DNA of 29,916 nt from a virus (lineage: Duplodnaviria; Caudoviricetes). Location of the stretch: the IMG/VR virus record IMGVR_UViG_3300005764_000060, positions 1 to 29,916 of that record; one strand, 5' to 3'. The notes under the pieces were generated by a model. That model searched no databases. It worked only from the letters and a program-made list of their open reading frames with translations, and had not been told where the DNA came from. This document shows, in pieces, positions 17,443 to 25,619 of the stretch; position 1 is the first letter of the stretch; each line of letters opens with the position of its first letter. A program made the position numbers and the translations under genes.

Positions 17443-19707
17443 CTAGATCACCCTTCCAAAGACTTGTGAGACGGGGGCGGCTTCCGGGTGCACCAGCGCG
17501 CTCTGCATCGTCTCGAACCTCTTTTGTTCGAGCTTTGCCCCCTCGATACGCTCGCGCGACTGATTCGTCTCGCGCGTAGACTGGACCTGCATCCCCTGAC
17601 TGATGACCTTCAGCTGCTCTGACAGGTAGTCCAGCTGCGCCTTGCGCTGCGAGTCGCCCTCTTTCTGTCGCAGCTGCATCACCTTGACCATCAGCTCCTG
17701 CATCTTCTGCGAGGTCTTGCCGTCCATCTGGCCTTGCGGCGGCGCAAACAACTCATCGATGTTGCCCATGCCGACCATGGTGGCGACCCTTCGCACCACG
17801 GCGTGCAGGTCCCACATGGCAGGGTTCAGCTGCACCAGCTGCACCAGGGCGACCGCCTTCATGACCCGGATCGTGTGAGACGGCGTGTTGGGATCGGCCT
17901 GCGGAGTTAAGTTGCAGTCGTTCAGCGCGCGGATAATGTCTTCCTTCTCCCATTGCGATGCGGGAGAGCCGGGTGCCGCGGCGCACAAGAGGCTATCCGG
18001 GTCCTCCTTGAACAGGTCCTTGAGGAGGTCAAATTCCTCGGCCTGGGCGATGTGCATGCCCTTATGGACGCTGTCTAAGACCTTCACCGCTTGGTCGAGC
18101 ATGGCGATCGTCGTCCCGACCGGCACGTCCTGGCGTCCCTCGCCGACCATCAGCTCGGGAGTGCCACCAACCCGTCTCGCCTCTTCCTCAATATGCGTGG
18201 TGATCTGTCCCAGACCCGCCGTAACGTCCTTGTACGGCAGGTCCATGATATGCTGGCCGATGGGCTGGCCACCGGTGTTGACGCGCACACCGGCACCAAG
18301 ACCGACCCGGAAGGTCATGGTGTCCTGCCGCCCGACAGTCTCTGAGTAGAGAAAACCCGGCCAGGACGCGAAACCTGCGCTGTCGAGGGCGAGCCGCCAC
18401 GCGGTGGTGATCGCCGCCGTAGCGTTTCCCATGATGTGGAGCAACCCGATCCCATAGAAGCCCATGCCGTCCACGAACGGGTACTTCACGATCGGCATGT
18501 GCTTGATGTAGCGGTCGTCGTCCTCGTTCCAGTTGCGGCGTATCTCCAGGATGGTCTGCGAGTCTTTGTCGATGGAGACCCGGTACGGCAGCGGCAATCC
18601 CGTAATCTTGCCGCCCTCGCTGTGCTCGAAGCCCGCGATGTCCAGCTCGCAGTAGCACTCGTAAACAGTGTGCTTGTAGTCCTCGGGGCGCTGCGACCAC
18701 GCCGCCAACCCGGCGACGTCATGCTCGGCCTCCTGCATCACGTCGGGCGTGTTGCCCGTGGGAGGCGTCATATCGACGTCGACATAGGTCCCGGCGAGCT
18801 GCATTCGCCGCATCACGCTCTGTCGCATTTGGATACGATGCGTGACCCGGCCACACTCGTGCAGTGAGACCTCGTTGTCGGAAACAATGATATCGGCGGC
18901 GTCGACCGAGCGTGACACCGGGCGGCGTCTGATGGGGCACTTGTAGACTTTTTTGAAGCCGCACCCGCCGAAGCCCTGCATGAAGAACATTCTCGTCGTG
19001 TCGGGGTAGTACTCCTTGTCGATGACGGTGAGATACCGATTAAAGAGCATCTCCAGGTCGTCGGCCAAGACATCCCGATCGTCGCCGGTCAACTCGCGCG
19101 GGATGGCTGCTTGCTGCTCCAGGAACGCGCGATGGGGGGTCTTGGTGGTCGAATCGTTACGCATCTTGACCGGGCCGCCCGCCGCGAGAAGTTCTCCGCG
19201 GGCGTTGGCCTGGAAGCGCAACACGGCATCGAGCATGATCGGTGAGCGGACGGTGGCTTGGCCCTCGACCGCGGTGTCGGCGTCGGCGCTGGGGCTGCGC
19301 GGGTTCTCTATCTTCAGTGCAAGATGCTTGATGCCCGCCGCGCGCCGCTCCAGCCACTCCCGGCGCATCTCGTCGTCGGCGTTAATCCCATTGAGCAGTT
19401 CATCGCATATCCTGCCTAGCTCGCGCTCGTCCACGTATTCTGCTAGGTTGGCGTCGTGGCGCTTCGAACCGCCATCGGGCTCTTTGCGAGGTGGCTTCCC
19501 ATCCAGGCGGATGATCAGGGAGCCATCGGCCCGCTCGATCCCGACGTTCTGGACGGGGAGGTCCGCGTCCTCCTGGATGATCACCGTAAGGGGGTCGTCG
19601 GGATTATCCGGGTTGCCGTAGGGGAAGCCGTTGCTGTTCCCAGAGCTGCCGTAGAGGTCGCTCTCGTTGCGATAGTGGTTGGTGACCTCGACCTCTGGGC
19701 TGGCCAT
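17443..19707 (-). CDS. Portal protein (P22-like)
   Basis: 754 aa; HDANLAE, RFQANARGELL..GGPVK, GCGFKKVY, RVTHRI, GFYGIGLLHIMG, PVGTTIAML; between TerL and the head genes. Confidence 0.9.
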   Translation of the reverse strand: MASPEVEVTNHYRNESDLYGSSGNSNGFPYGNPDNPDDPLTVIIQEDADLPVQNVGIERADGSLIIRLDGKPPRKEPDGGSKRHDANLAEYVDERELGRICDELLNGINADDEMRREWLERRAAGIKHLALKIENPRSPSADADTAVEGQATVRSPIMLDAVLRFQANARGELLAAGGPVKMRNDSTTKTPHRAFLEQQAAIPRELTGDDRDVLADDLEMLFNRYLTVIDKEYYPDTTRMFFMQGFGGCGFKKVYKCPIRRRPVSRSVDAADIIVSDNEVSLHECGRVTHRIQMRQSVMRRMQLAGTYVDVDMTPPTGNTPDVMQEAEHDVAGLAAWSQRPEDYKHTVYECYCELDIAGFEHSEGGKITGLPLPYRVSIDKDSQTILEIRRNWNEDDDRYIKHMPIVKYPFVDGMGFYGIGLLHIMGNATAAITTAWRLALDSAGFASWPGFLYSETVGRQDTMTFRVGLGAGVRVNTGGQPIGQHIMDLPYKDVTAGLGQITTHIEEEARRVGGTPELMVGEGRQDVPVGTTIAMLDQAVKVLDSVHKGMHIAQAEEFDLLKDLFKEDPDSLLCAAAPGSPASQWEKEDIIRALNDCNLTPQADPNTPSHTIRVMKAVALVQLVQLNPAMWDLHAVVRRVATMVGMGNIDELFAPPQGQMDGKTSQKMQELMVKVMQLRQKEGDSQRKAQLDYLSEQLKVISQGMQVQSTRETNQSRERIEGAKLEQKRFETMQSALVHPEAAPVSQVFGRVI

Positions 19708-19709
19708 GC

Positions 19710-20048
19710 TTACAGCACCCGGAAGCCGCCCTGGTCGGTGTACTGGAAACCCCTGCCGAACGGCAGCACCATCCCGAACAGGTCGATGGTGGTCACCCCA
19801 TCAGTGTGCTGCAGAGTGAAGGTAGCATCGGTCACATCCTTGTTGCGGATGTGAATGCTCTTGGCGTTGCGCTGGGTGCTGGCTGGCGGCGTCGGGCAAA
19901 CGGTGGTGAACCCTGGCGTCGCCGACTGATTGAGCCGCCCTGGGGTGATCACCCCACTGGCGGTATCCACCCAGGTCACATGGACGTCGAGCGCAGCCCC
20001 GGTGAGGCTGAGCTGGATGCGGTCGCCAGCACCCGAAAGAATCAGCAT
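19710..20048 (-). CDS. Small beta-rich structural protein, paralogue of the N-terminus of the upstream gene
   Basis: GAGGAG RBS; MLILS...DVHVTWVD...PGRLN...IHIRNK...HTDG...QYTD..GF. Confidence 0.8.
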   Translation of the reverse strand: MLILSGAGDRIQLSLTGAALDVHVTWVDTASGVITPGRLNQSATPGFTTVCPTPPASTQRNAKSIHIRNKDVTDATFTLQHTDGVTTIDLFGMVLPFGRGFQYTDQGGFRVL

Positions 20049-20058
20049 GGTGCGCTCC

Positions 20059-20952
20059 TCACTTGATCCCGTAGACCTTCATGAAGCCGTCCATATCGAG
20101 CAGACCGGCGCCGCCCTGGAAGTAGAACTGGTAGTTGGTGATCGCAGTAAAGGTGCCTGGGTAGGAAGAGAAGGTAATCATGTGCACACCGAGGGAGCTG
20201 AAGTAGCCGCCAGACACGCCGATCATCAGGTGATCGACGTTGTTCTTATACGGTGCGTCTACTCGTGAGCGACCATGCGACCACCAGTTTGGTGAATCAC
20301 CGGCAAGCGCCCCCATGTAGCCGTACGGCAAAACCCCGCCGCTGGCCCCGCCGCCACCGGAGGTGCCGCCATACGAGTAGGCAAAGCCGTACACGTTTCC
20401 GGTGAGATAGGTGGCCCCGTTATCGAACGAGACGAGATAACCGAGCTGGTCACCGACCACCACCTTGGGCCGTAGACGCCATTCGAACTCGAAGCTGTCG
20501 AAGTCGGTGTTGGTGAGAACCTCGGGCCCAACGATGATGTTTGAAACGGTACCCGACGGGACGTAGGTCTTCAGCAGCAGCTTGGAGGCGGTGGAAATAC
20601 CGCTCGGCGGCAACAGGACGAAGCCGACCTCATCGATGTACTGAAGGGTGAAGCCAGCTGGCAGCGAGCACTTGTGAATCTCGACGGCGGTCGCGCCATC
20701 GGTGTGGATCACGGTGACGGCGTTGTTGGTCGTGCCCTTGTTGCGGATGTGCATCGTCTTGATGCTGCGGAACACACCCGCGGCGGGCGATGGGCAGATA
20801 TCGGTCGTGGCGCTGGTGATGATGGCGGTATTGGTGCGCCCCGGCTGGACGCCACCCGAGACGTTGTCCAGCCAGGAGACGTGGACGTCAGTCGCGCTGG
20901 CTGAGAGTGTGGTGAGCCTCAGCTTGTCACTGACGGAGGCGAGAATCAGCAT
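20059..20952 (-). CDS. Spike/fibre-like protein: same N-terminal domain plus a distal domain
   Basis: Start re-assigned to MLILA at 20952 by alignment with the paralogue; C-terminal VSFDNGATY...AITNYQFYF...KVYGIK resembles fibre tip domains. Confidence 0.75.
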   Translation of the reverse strand: MLILASVSDKLRLTTLSASATDVHVSWLDNVSGGVQPGRTNTAIITSATTDICPSPAAGVFRSIKTMHIRNKGTTNNAVTVIHTDGATAVEIHKCSLPAGFTLQYIDEVGFVLLPPSGISTASKLLLKTYVPSGTVSNIIVGPEVLTNTDFDSFEFEWRLRPKVVVGDQLGYLVSFDNGATYLTGNVYGFAYSYGGTSGGGGASGGVLPYGYMGALAGDSPNWWSHGRSRVDAPYKNNVDHLMIGVSGGYFSSLGVHMITFSSYPGTFTAITNYQFYFQGGAGLLDMDGFMKVYGIK

Positions 20953-21016
20953 GGGCGGCCCCTGCAAGGTGCCGCTGGACTTTACCGTAATCTATGTGAT
21001 TCGCCAGGGTGACCCA

Positions 21017-21325
21017 CTAGGTCTTGGGAAGCGCCGGGCAGGGCATCCAAGCTGTAGGGGGTATCTGCGGATCGCCCCTGGTGGAGCGCCAGTCACCCAT
21101 GGGGTTCACCATCACCACGGCCACCCCCGTGCGGTAGGCGCCCAGGATCGGCACCCCGGTGGGCGGCGGAATGTTCATCGAGCGCCAGGACTCAGCCGCG
21201 TACTCGATGAGCTGCTCCTCTAGTGCCGCAATGTGCGCAAGCTGGATGCGATCCCAGGCGCGCTCGGCCCAGTGCCGCCGGAAGCTGGGCTCGTCAACAT
21301 CCCGAATGTCTGAGAGCATGGTCAT
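21017..21325 (-). CDS. Hypothetical protein
   Basis: AAAGGA RBS; C-terminal PTAWMPCPALP recalls phage PTHWMPLP-type termini. Confidence 0.65.
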   Translation of the reverse strand: MTMLSDIRDVDEPSFRRHWAERAWDRIQLAHIAALEEQLIEYAAESWRSMNIPPPTGVPILGAYRTGVAVVMVNPMGDWRSTRGDPQIPPTAWMPCPALPKT

Positions 21326-21352
21326 GGTGTCCTTTCACTTTGTGGGTGAGAA

Positions 21353-23086
21353 TCAGCGCACGGTGAGGGGGATGGCCATCGGGTAGATCGCGCCGCCGTA
21401 GGCCGGATACATGGGCGCGGGCTCCTTGCGGTATTTGTTCTGCTCCAGGTCGTCCAGCTGGTCTTCGTCGGGCAGCGTCGCGAGGCCCAGTGCGCGCAGA
21501 TGCGCAAGCGCCTGGGTCATGGCGTCGGCGAGGTCGTCATGAGTGCCTTTCGGAAGGTCGGCGAGTTCTCCGATGACCTTGTCGGCCCAGTCCTTGAACA
21601 GATAGTCGCCCACGCCCGTGGCCTCGGCGGGCGCGTAGATCAATCCACACTCGAAGAGGTTCTGCTGGGCATACGCCCTCGCAACTTTATCGCCTTCCGG
21701 CGTTATGAGTTGCACCCCGAAGTCCGCACGATCGGCGGTCTTGGGGTTGTGAGACATACTCTCGGAGACGATCCTGGCGCGGCGGCGTAGCTCCTGGGCC
21801 ACGGGGTGACCGTTGGCTTTATCTTCGAGGAGCACGCGATCCACTTTGAACTTTTTGCAGGTCTCCTCGATCTTCTTGACCAACTCATAGAGTTCTAGGC
21901 GCTCGGTCCACGCCCACATCAGGATCAATCTTCGATTCTCCCAGATGTCGCGGCAGACACCGAGCACTACGCCCGCGGAGGGGTCGTTCTGCTTCTTTTC
22001 GGTCTGCGCGGTGTCGATCGAGAGGACCGTGTACGACATGATCGGGAATTTCGGCCACGGGACACCGAACTTACCGCATTCTTGCTCGGTGTATGGTCGC
22101 CAGTGCTCGCGCTTGATGATGCCGCCGCCACGAGGGGCGGGACGCTGCTGATATTGCCCGGCGTAGGCCCAAGAACCTTTCTCTTGCTCGATCCTGGCGA
22201 CGGCTTCGGGCGAGAACCTTTCCGGCCACGCGAGGTCGCCCTCCTCAGTGCGCGGATCGACCCATCCGAGCGGATTGTAAGGCTGCCGTCCGGCCTCGAA
22301 CTCCATCGGGACCATGAGATGGCAGTACGCCCATCCGGCCTCGATGATGAAGCCCGAAATGTCACTCTGATGAACTCTTTGCATGATGATGATGATCGCA
22401 CTCTCATCCAAACTGTTAAGTCGGTCGGTGATAGTCTCTCGAAACCAGCGAACAGTGGCGGTTCGCACAATGTCAGACTCGGATTTGTGTACATCGTGCG
22501 GATCATCGATAACGACTCGATCGCCTCTCTCACCAGTGCCGATGCCTCCGACTGAGGAGGCGAACTTGGAGCCGGTCTTGTTGTTGGTGATCTTGATCTC
22601 GCCTTCCTTCTCAAGCGCGAAGTCGTTGCCATAGAGGTCCTTGTATCTCTCTGACGTGATCAATCGCTTGAACTTGGTGTTGTCTCTTTCGGTCAGACCA
22701 CTGGAGTAGCTGAAGCTCACGTAGCGCAGGTGCGCCATGCCCATCGGGCCCCATTCCCAGGCCGGATGAAAGACATTGACCATGAGCGACTTCATGCTGC
22801 CGGGAGGGACGTTGATCAGCAGCCGGGTTATTTTTCCGAAGGTGACCGCCTCCAGGTGATTGCAGATGTCGTAGAGCAGCCAGCCCTCGACCAGCTTGGT
22901 TTCAGGCTCGATGATCGACCAGAAATAGCGCACGAACTCGATCAGCCCGCCGGGCTTGGCAAACGACTCCTTCGCCTTGCGCTTGGCAAGTTCAGCCTTC
23001 AGCGCCTTGAGCGATGCCTGCAGGACGGCGGGATCGAACTCCTCCTCGGGAGCTTTAGGCGCTGGCTTGGTCTTTTTCTTCGTCAC
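21353..23086 (-). CDS. terL: Terminase large subunit
   Basis: LLINVPPGSMKS Walker A variant, VVIDDPH Walker B, IIIMQR, GQYQQRP, and nuclease acidic motifs SIDTA, LLEDKANG, HDDLADA. Confidence 0.95.
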   Translation of the reverse strand: MTKKKTKPAPKAPEEEFDPAVLQASLKALKAELAKRKAKESFAKPGGLIEFVRYFWSIIEPETKLVEGWLLYDICNHLEAVTFGKITRLLINVPPGSMKSLMVNVFHPAWEWGPMGMAHLRYVSFSYSSGLTERDNTKFKRLITSERYKDLYGNDFALEKEGEIKITNNKTGSKFASSVGGIGTGERGDRVVIDDPHDVHKSESDIVRTATVRWFRETITDRLNSLDESAIIIIMQRVHQSDISGFIIEAGWAYCHLMVPMEFEAGRQPYNPLGWVDPRTEEGDLAWPERFSPEAVARIEQEKGSWAYAGQYQQRPAPRGGGIIKREHWRPYTEQECGKFGVPWPKFPIMSYTVLSIDTAQTEKKQNDPSAGVVLGVCRDIWENRRLILMWAWTERLELYELVKKIEETCKKFKVDRVLLEDKANGHPVAQELRRRARIVSESMSHNPKTADRADFGVQLITPEGDKVARAYAQQNLFECGLIYAPAEATGVGDYLFKDWADKVIGELADLPKGTHDDLADAMTQALAHLRALGLATLPDEDQLDDLEQNKYRKEPAPMYPAYGGAIYPMAIPLTVR

Positions 23087-23095
23087 GATGCAGGC

Positions 23096-23284
23096 TCACT
23101 TCTTTCCCTCCCGAATCAATTCCAGAAGTTTCATCCTTGCCCAGCTCGATGTCGAGAGACCAGACATGGCGGCTTGGTGCTCGAAGAGCCTTCGTTCCTC
23201 GTTGGTGATGCGAATCATGACCGCATTGGAGCGCATGGCGCGCACCGGGCCGGGTCGAACGAGCTTTTTGCGTTCTGTCCCCAT
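23096..23284 (-). CDS. Ribbon-helix-helix (MobC/CopG-like) DNA-binding protein
   Basis: VMIRITNEERRLFEHQAAMSGLSTSSWARMKLL: strand-helix-G-helix pattern. Confidence 0.75.
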   Translation of the reverse strand: MGTERKKLVRPGPVRAMRSNAVMIRITNEERRLFEHQAAMSGLSTSSWARMKLLELIREGKK

Positions 23285-23318
23285 CTTTCTAGCATATACA
23301 GTTTGTAACGGTTCGCAA
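23285..23318 (-). promoter_or_regulatory. Putative sigma70-type promoter giving a leaderless mRNA
   Basis: TTGCGA-N16-TATGCT, 6 nt before ATG 23284, in an AT-rich divergent gap. Confidence 0.5.
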
Positions 23319-23339
23319 CTGATGATATGAGCTTATCCC

Positions 23340-23555
23340 ATGCCCAAAACAGACGCTGAGTGGGAGCAAGAGCTGGCGCAATGCCGCCAGGACGCCGCCA
23401 AGGTGATCCGCGCGCTCAACGCCGCGGTGCTCCTGGTGGGGGCGCTGCTGGAGTGGCTGCCCTCGGGGCTGGTGTTGAGCGATGGCGTCAAGAGCGCCAA
23501 GCATCAGCTCGATCTTGCGATGAAGGAGGTCACCGGTGACCGAAGAGAGACCTGA
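23340..23555 (+). CDS. Hypothetical helical protein, paralogue of the next gene
   Basis: Aligns with 23536..23817. Confidence 0.75.
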   Translation: MPKTDAEWEQELAQCRQDAAKVIRALNAAVLLVGALLEWLPSGLVLSDGVKSAKHQLDLAMKEVTGDRRET

Positions 23556-23817
23556 CAGCCTGGAGACCGCCGAGAAGCAGGACTATGCGCGGCTGAAGGC
23601 GGCCTACAACATTGCGTGCTCGAACATTGTCGAGATCAACGAGAACCGAGCGAAGCTGACGGAGTGCCTGGGAACCGCGCTGACGCTTGTGGAAAATCTC
23701 CTCTCGGAGATGCGAATCGCCAACGTCGTGCCATCCTCGCAGGTGGTGTTCTCGAAGGCGAACCTGGACCGGGCGATGCTCAAGCTGTTGGGCAAAATGG
23801 ATGCGAGTAAAGAGTGA
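23536..23817 (+). CDS. Hypothetical helical protein
   Basis: AAGGAGGT RBS before the GTG. Confidence 0.8.
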   Translation: MTEERPDSLETAEKQDYARLKAAYNIACSNIVEINENRAKLTECLGTALTLVENLLSEMRIANVVPSSQVVFSKANLDRAMLKLLGKMDASKE

Positions 23818-23834
23818 TGCAAGTAAAGAGTGAT
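23800..23834. repeat. 16-nt tandem duplication at a gene junction
   Basis: gatgcgagtaaagagt gatgcaagtaaagagt gat (one mismatch). Confidence 0.85.
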
Positions 23835-24005
23835 CTGGAGCGTGAGAACGAGAAGCTGGCCTCGCAGCTGATCTGGTTAACCGGCATCGTCCATGGCGTG
23901 ATCGAGCGCGGAGACATATCTCCCAGAGTACGGGAGACGCTGACCAAGGCACTCAAGGCGATAGGCGCGGACAGATGGCGAACTACCTTGGACCCGACGA
24001 GCTAG
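23814..24005 (+). CDS. Hypothetical protein
   Basis: Coupled to the upstream stop; the start may be ATG 23817. Confidence 0.65.
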   Translation: MMQVKSDLERENEKLASQLIWLTGIVHGVIERGDISPRVRETLTKALKAIGADRWRTTLDPTS

Positions 24006-24211
24006 CGGAGCTGACCGGGCCGGACGGGCTGATCGTGACGCTGAGGCACCTCGCGGTCGAGCAAGTCGATGGCAGGCCGCAGCTGGTCATGTATGTGCAC
24101 GAGGACCCGCGCGGAATAGTTATCCACCGGAAACTGTACGAGGACTTGACGCGATTCTGGGGCCACAACGAGTTCGCAGACCTGTTCTTTCAGACACATG
24201 GGCTGCAATAG
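23975..24211 (+). CDS. Hypothetical protein resembling the N-terminal part of phage SSB-like proteins
   Basis: NYL..DEL...IVTL..V.VE......LVMY......GIVI....L...WG pattern. Confidence 0.55.
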   Translation: MANYLGPDELAELTGPDGLIVTLRHLAVEQVDGRPQLVMYVHEDPRGIVIHRKLYEDLTRFWGHNEFADLFFQTHGLQ

Positions 24212-24314
24212 GTCAGAGCCCCTGGTCCCCAAACGGGTGAGCATTTATCCCAAAGAAAGTTCCACGCTAAGTCGGCTATACGACTTAACACACGAAAAGA
24301 TTATGTTATACAAG

Positions 24315-24449
24315 AGCCGTTGCCGCACGACTGTCCTGAATGTGAAGTGGGGGCCCTGACGCCTTTGGGCCGCTTCCCGCTGCGTTCCAGGAGGGACAGC
24401 TGCCGGGGCGAGGTTGAGGTGGGACTTCTCCCTCGCCCCGGCTTTTTTT
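24315..24449 (+). ncRNA. Candidate small RNA or attenuator leader
   Basis: Follows an AT-rich tract; long interrupted hairpin 24331-24399, then a terminator. The 5' end is approximate. Confidence 0.45.
24402..24449 (+). terminator. Intrinsic terminator
   Basis: Perfect 12-bp stem gccggggcgagg/cctcgccccggc followed by T7. Confidence 0.85.
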
Positions 24450-24470
24450 GTGCCTACCTGGGAGGGTTCC

Positions 24471-24557
24471 ATGGAGCCGGTGATAAGCACGCTGGTGTTT
24501 CTGGGTTTGATCATCGTGCTGTGCGCGATGTACGTCTATCTGGCTGGGGCCCGATGA
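24471..24557 (+). CDS. 28-aa single-transmembrane peptide, not in the ORF track
   Basis: GGAGGG RBS; MEPVISTLVFLGLIIVLCAMYVYLAGAR; ATGA overlap with the next gene. Confidence 0.7.
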   Translation: MEPVISTLVFLGLIIVLCAMYVYLAGAR

Positions 24558-24943
24558 ACGAGGACCGTACCAAGCATTGGATACTGGACGAGGAGCATCA
24601 TCTCAAAAAGGTCGATCTCCTCACCTGGGCGCAATGGATCGAGCAACGCCAGAACATGGTCGTGCAGCAGGACTGGGTCGGCCCGCTGTTCGTGAGTACG
24701 GTATTCCTCGGGCTCGATCACAACTTCATGGGCAAGGGGCCGCCGATCGTGTTCGAGACCATGGTGTTCGTCGGCAACGGCGGCCACGACGAGATGTGCT
24801 GGAGATACTCGTCCTGGGACGACGCGATTACGGGACACCAGATGGCGCTCAAGAAGGCGCGCGAGTGGGTGATGAACAACCCGCTCCAGGAGCTGCTTGA
24901 CACGTCTCAGCTTGACACGTCTCGCGGCGACGAGCAGGATTAG
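24554..24943 (+). CDS. Conserved phage hypothetical protein
   Basis: Start re-assigned to MNEDRT; VSTVFLGLDH...PP.VFETMVF...RYSSWDDA..GH motif set. Confidence 0.8.
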   Translation: MNEDRTKHWILDEEHHLKKVDLLTWAQWIEQRQNMVVQQDWVGPLFVSTVFLGLDHNFMGKGPPIVFETMVFVGNGGHDEMCWRYSSWDDAITGHQMALKKAREWVMNNPLQELLDTSQLDTSRGDEQD

Positions 24944-24986
24944 CTCGCCCGCCACCGGCCCAAGGTGGCACCAAAGGAGAACCATC

Positions 24987-25460
24987 ATGCTAGCCAAGCC
25001 TGAAGAGGGCGGCGTGCCCGCGCCTGCCCCGACACCAGCGAAGAGACGCACGATCTCGCTCACCAGCCGCGCCCCGATCGAGATCATCGAGGACGAGTGG
25101 CCCGAGATCGCGGTGGGCATCTACGGCGATGATGCAGGCGAGCACCTGGAGATCACGGTGCGGGTGCGCCGGTGCAGACGCCAGAGCTGGCGCTACATCG
25201 TCTACGCCACCTACTGGTACGACACTCTCGCTGACGAGGGGCCGGAAACTGCACGCTGCGGGAGATATCTCCCGTGTATTGCCGTGGACGAGGAGCCCAA
25301 GCTCTGGGAGGCAATCCGCGAGACCGGCGATGAGTTACGGGAGCGCATCATGTCGAAGGGTGGCTCCCACCCCAACGCTGGCGTCGATATGCGTCAGTTC
25401 GTGGTCTACGCGGTCGATAGGTGCTTCGAGAAGCTGACACCGATTGCGCTGAAAGGCTAA
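24987..25460 (+). CDS. Hypothetical protein
   Basis: AAAGGAG RBS before ATG 24987; RTISLTSRAPIEIIEDEWP. Confidence 0.75.
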   Translation: MLAKPEEGGVPAPAPTPAKRRTISLTSRAPIEIIEDEWPEIAVGIYGDDAGEHLEITVRVRRCRRQSWRYIVYATYWYDTLADEGPETARCGRYLPCIAVDEEPKLWEAIRETGDELRERIMSKGGSHPNAGVDMRQFVVYAVDRCFEKLTPIALKG

Positions 25461-25492
25461 GCTCCAGAGGCGCAGCCGCGGCGGCAACGGGC

Positions 25493-25604
25493 GGGCGGTC
25501 TTAGGCATGGGCTAGGGTCTTCGGACCTTGGTTGATCCTTTCAGCCGCAACAAGGCGTCGTTCAGGTATCGTTCCCTGTGAAACGACGCAAGCCGCTCTT
25601 TTTT
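25493..25604 (+). ncRNA. Candidate multi-branched structured RNA
   Basis: Closing stem, three internal hairpins (one with a cUUCGg loop), then T6. Confidence 0.5.
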
Positions 25605-25619
25605 CCCTGGGGGAGCAAC

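Noticed and set aside
1240-20952. Diversity-generating retroelement targeting fibre genes
   Set aside because: No reverse transcriptase and no TR/VR pair with adenine-specific mismatches seen by eye; a self-alignment would be needed to exclude it fully.
1007-23330. Many long plus-strand ORFs across the virion operon
   Set aside because: Antisense shadows of GC-rich genes; no motifs, and they fully overlap well-supported minus-strand genes.
24320-24553. N-terminal extension of ORF 24320..24943
   Set aside because: It crosses a clear terminator and a better-supported peptide gene; the start at 24554 is preferred.
25493-25604. Cloverleaf as a tRNA
   Set aside because: No T-loop TTCRA in the correct arm, arm sizes do not fit, and no CCA end.
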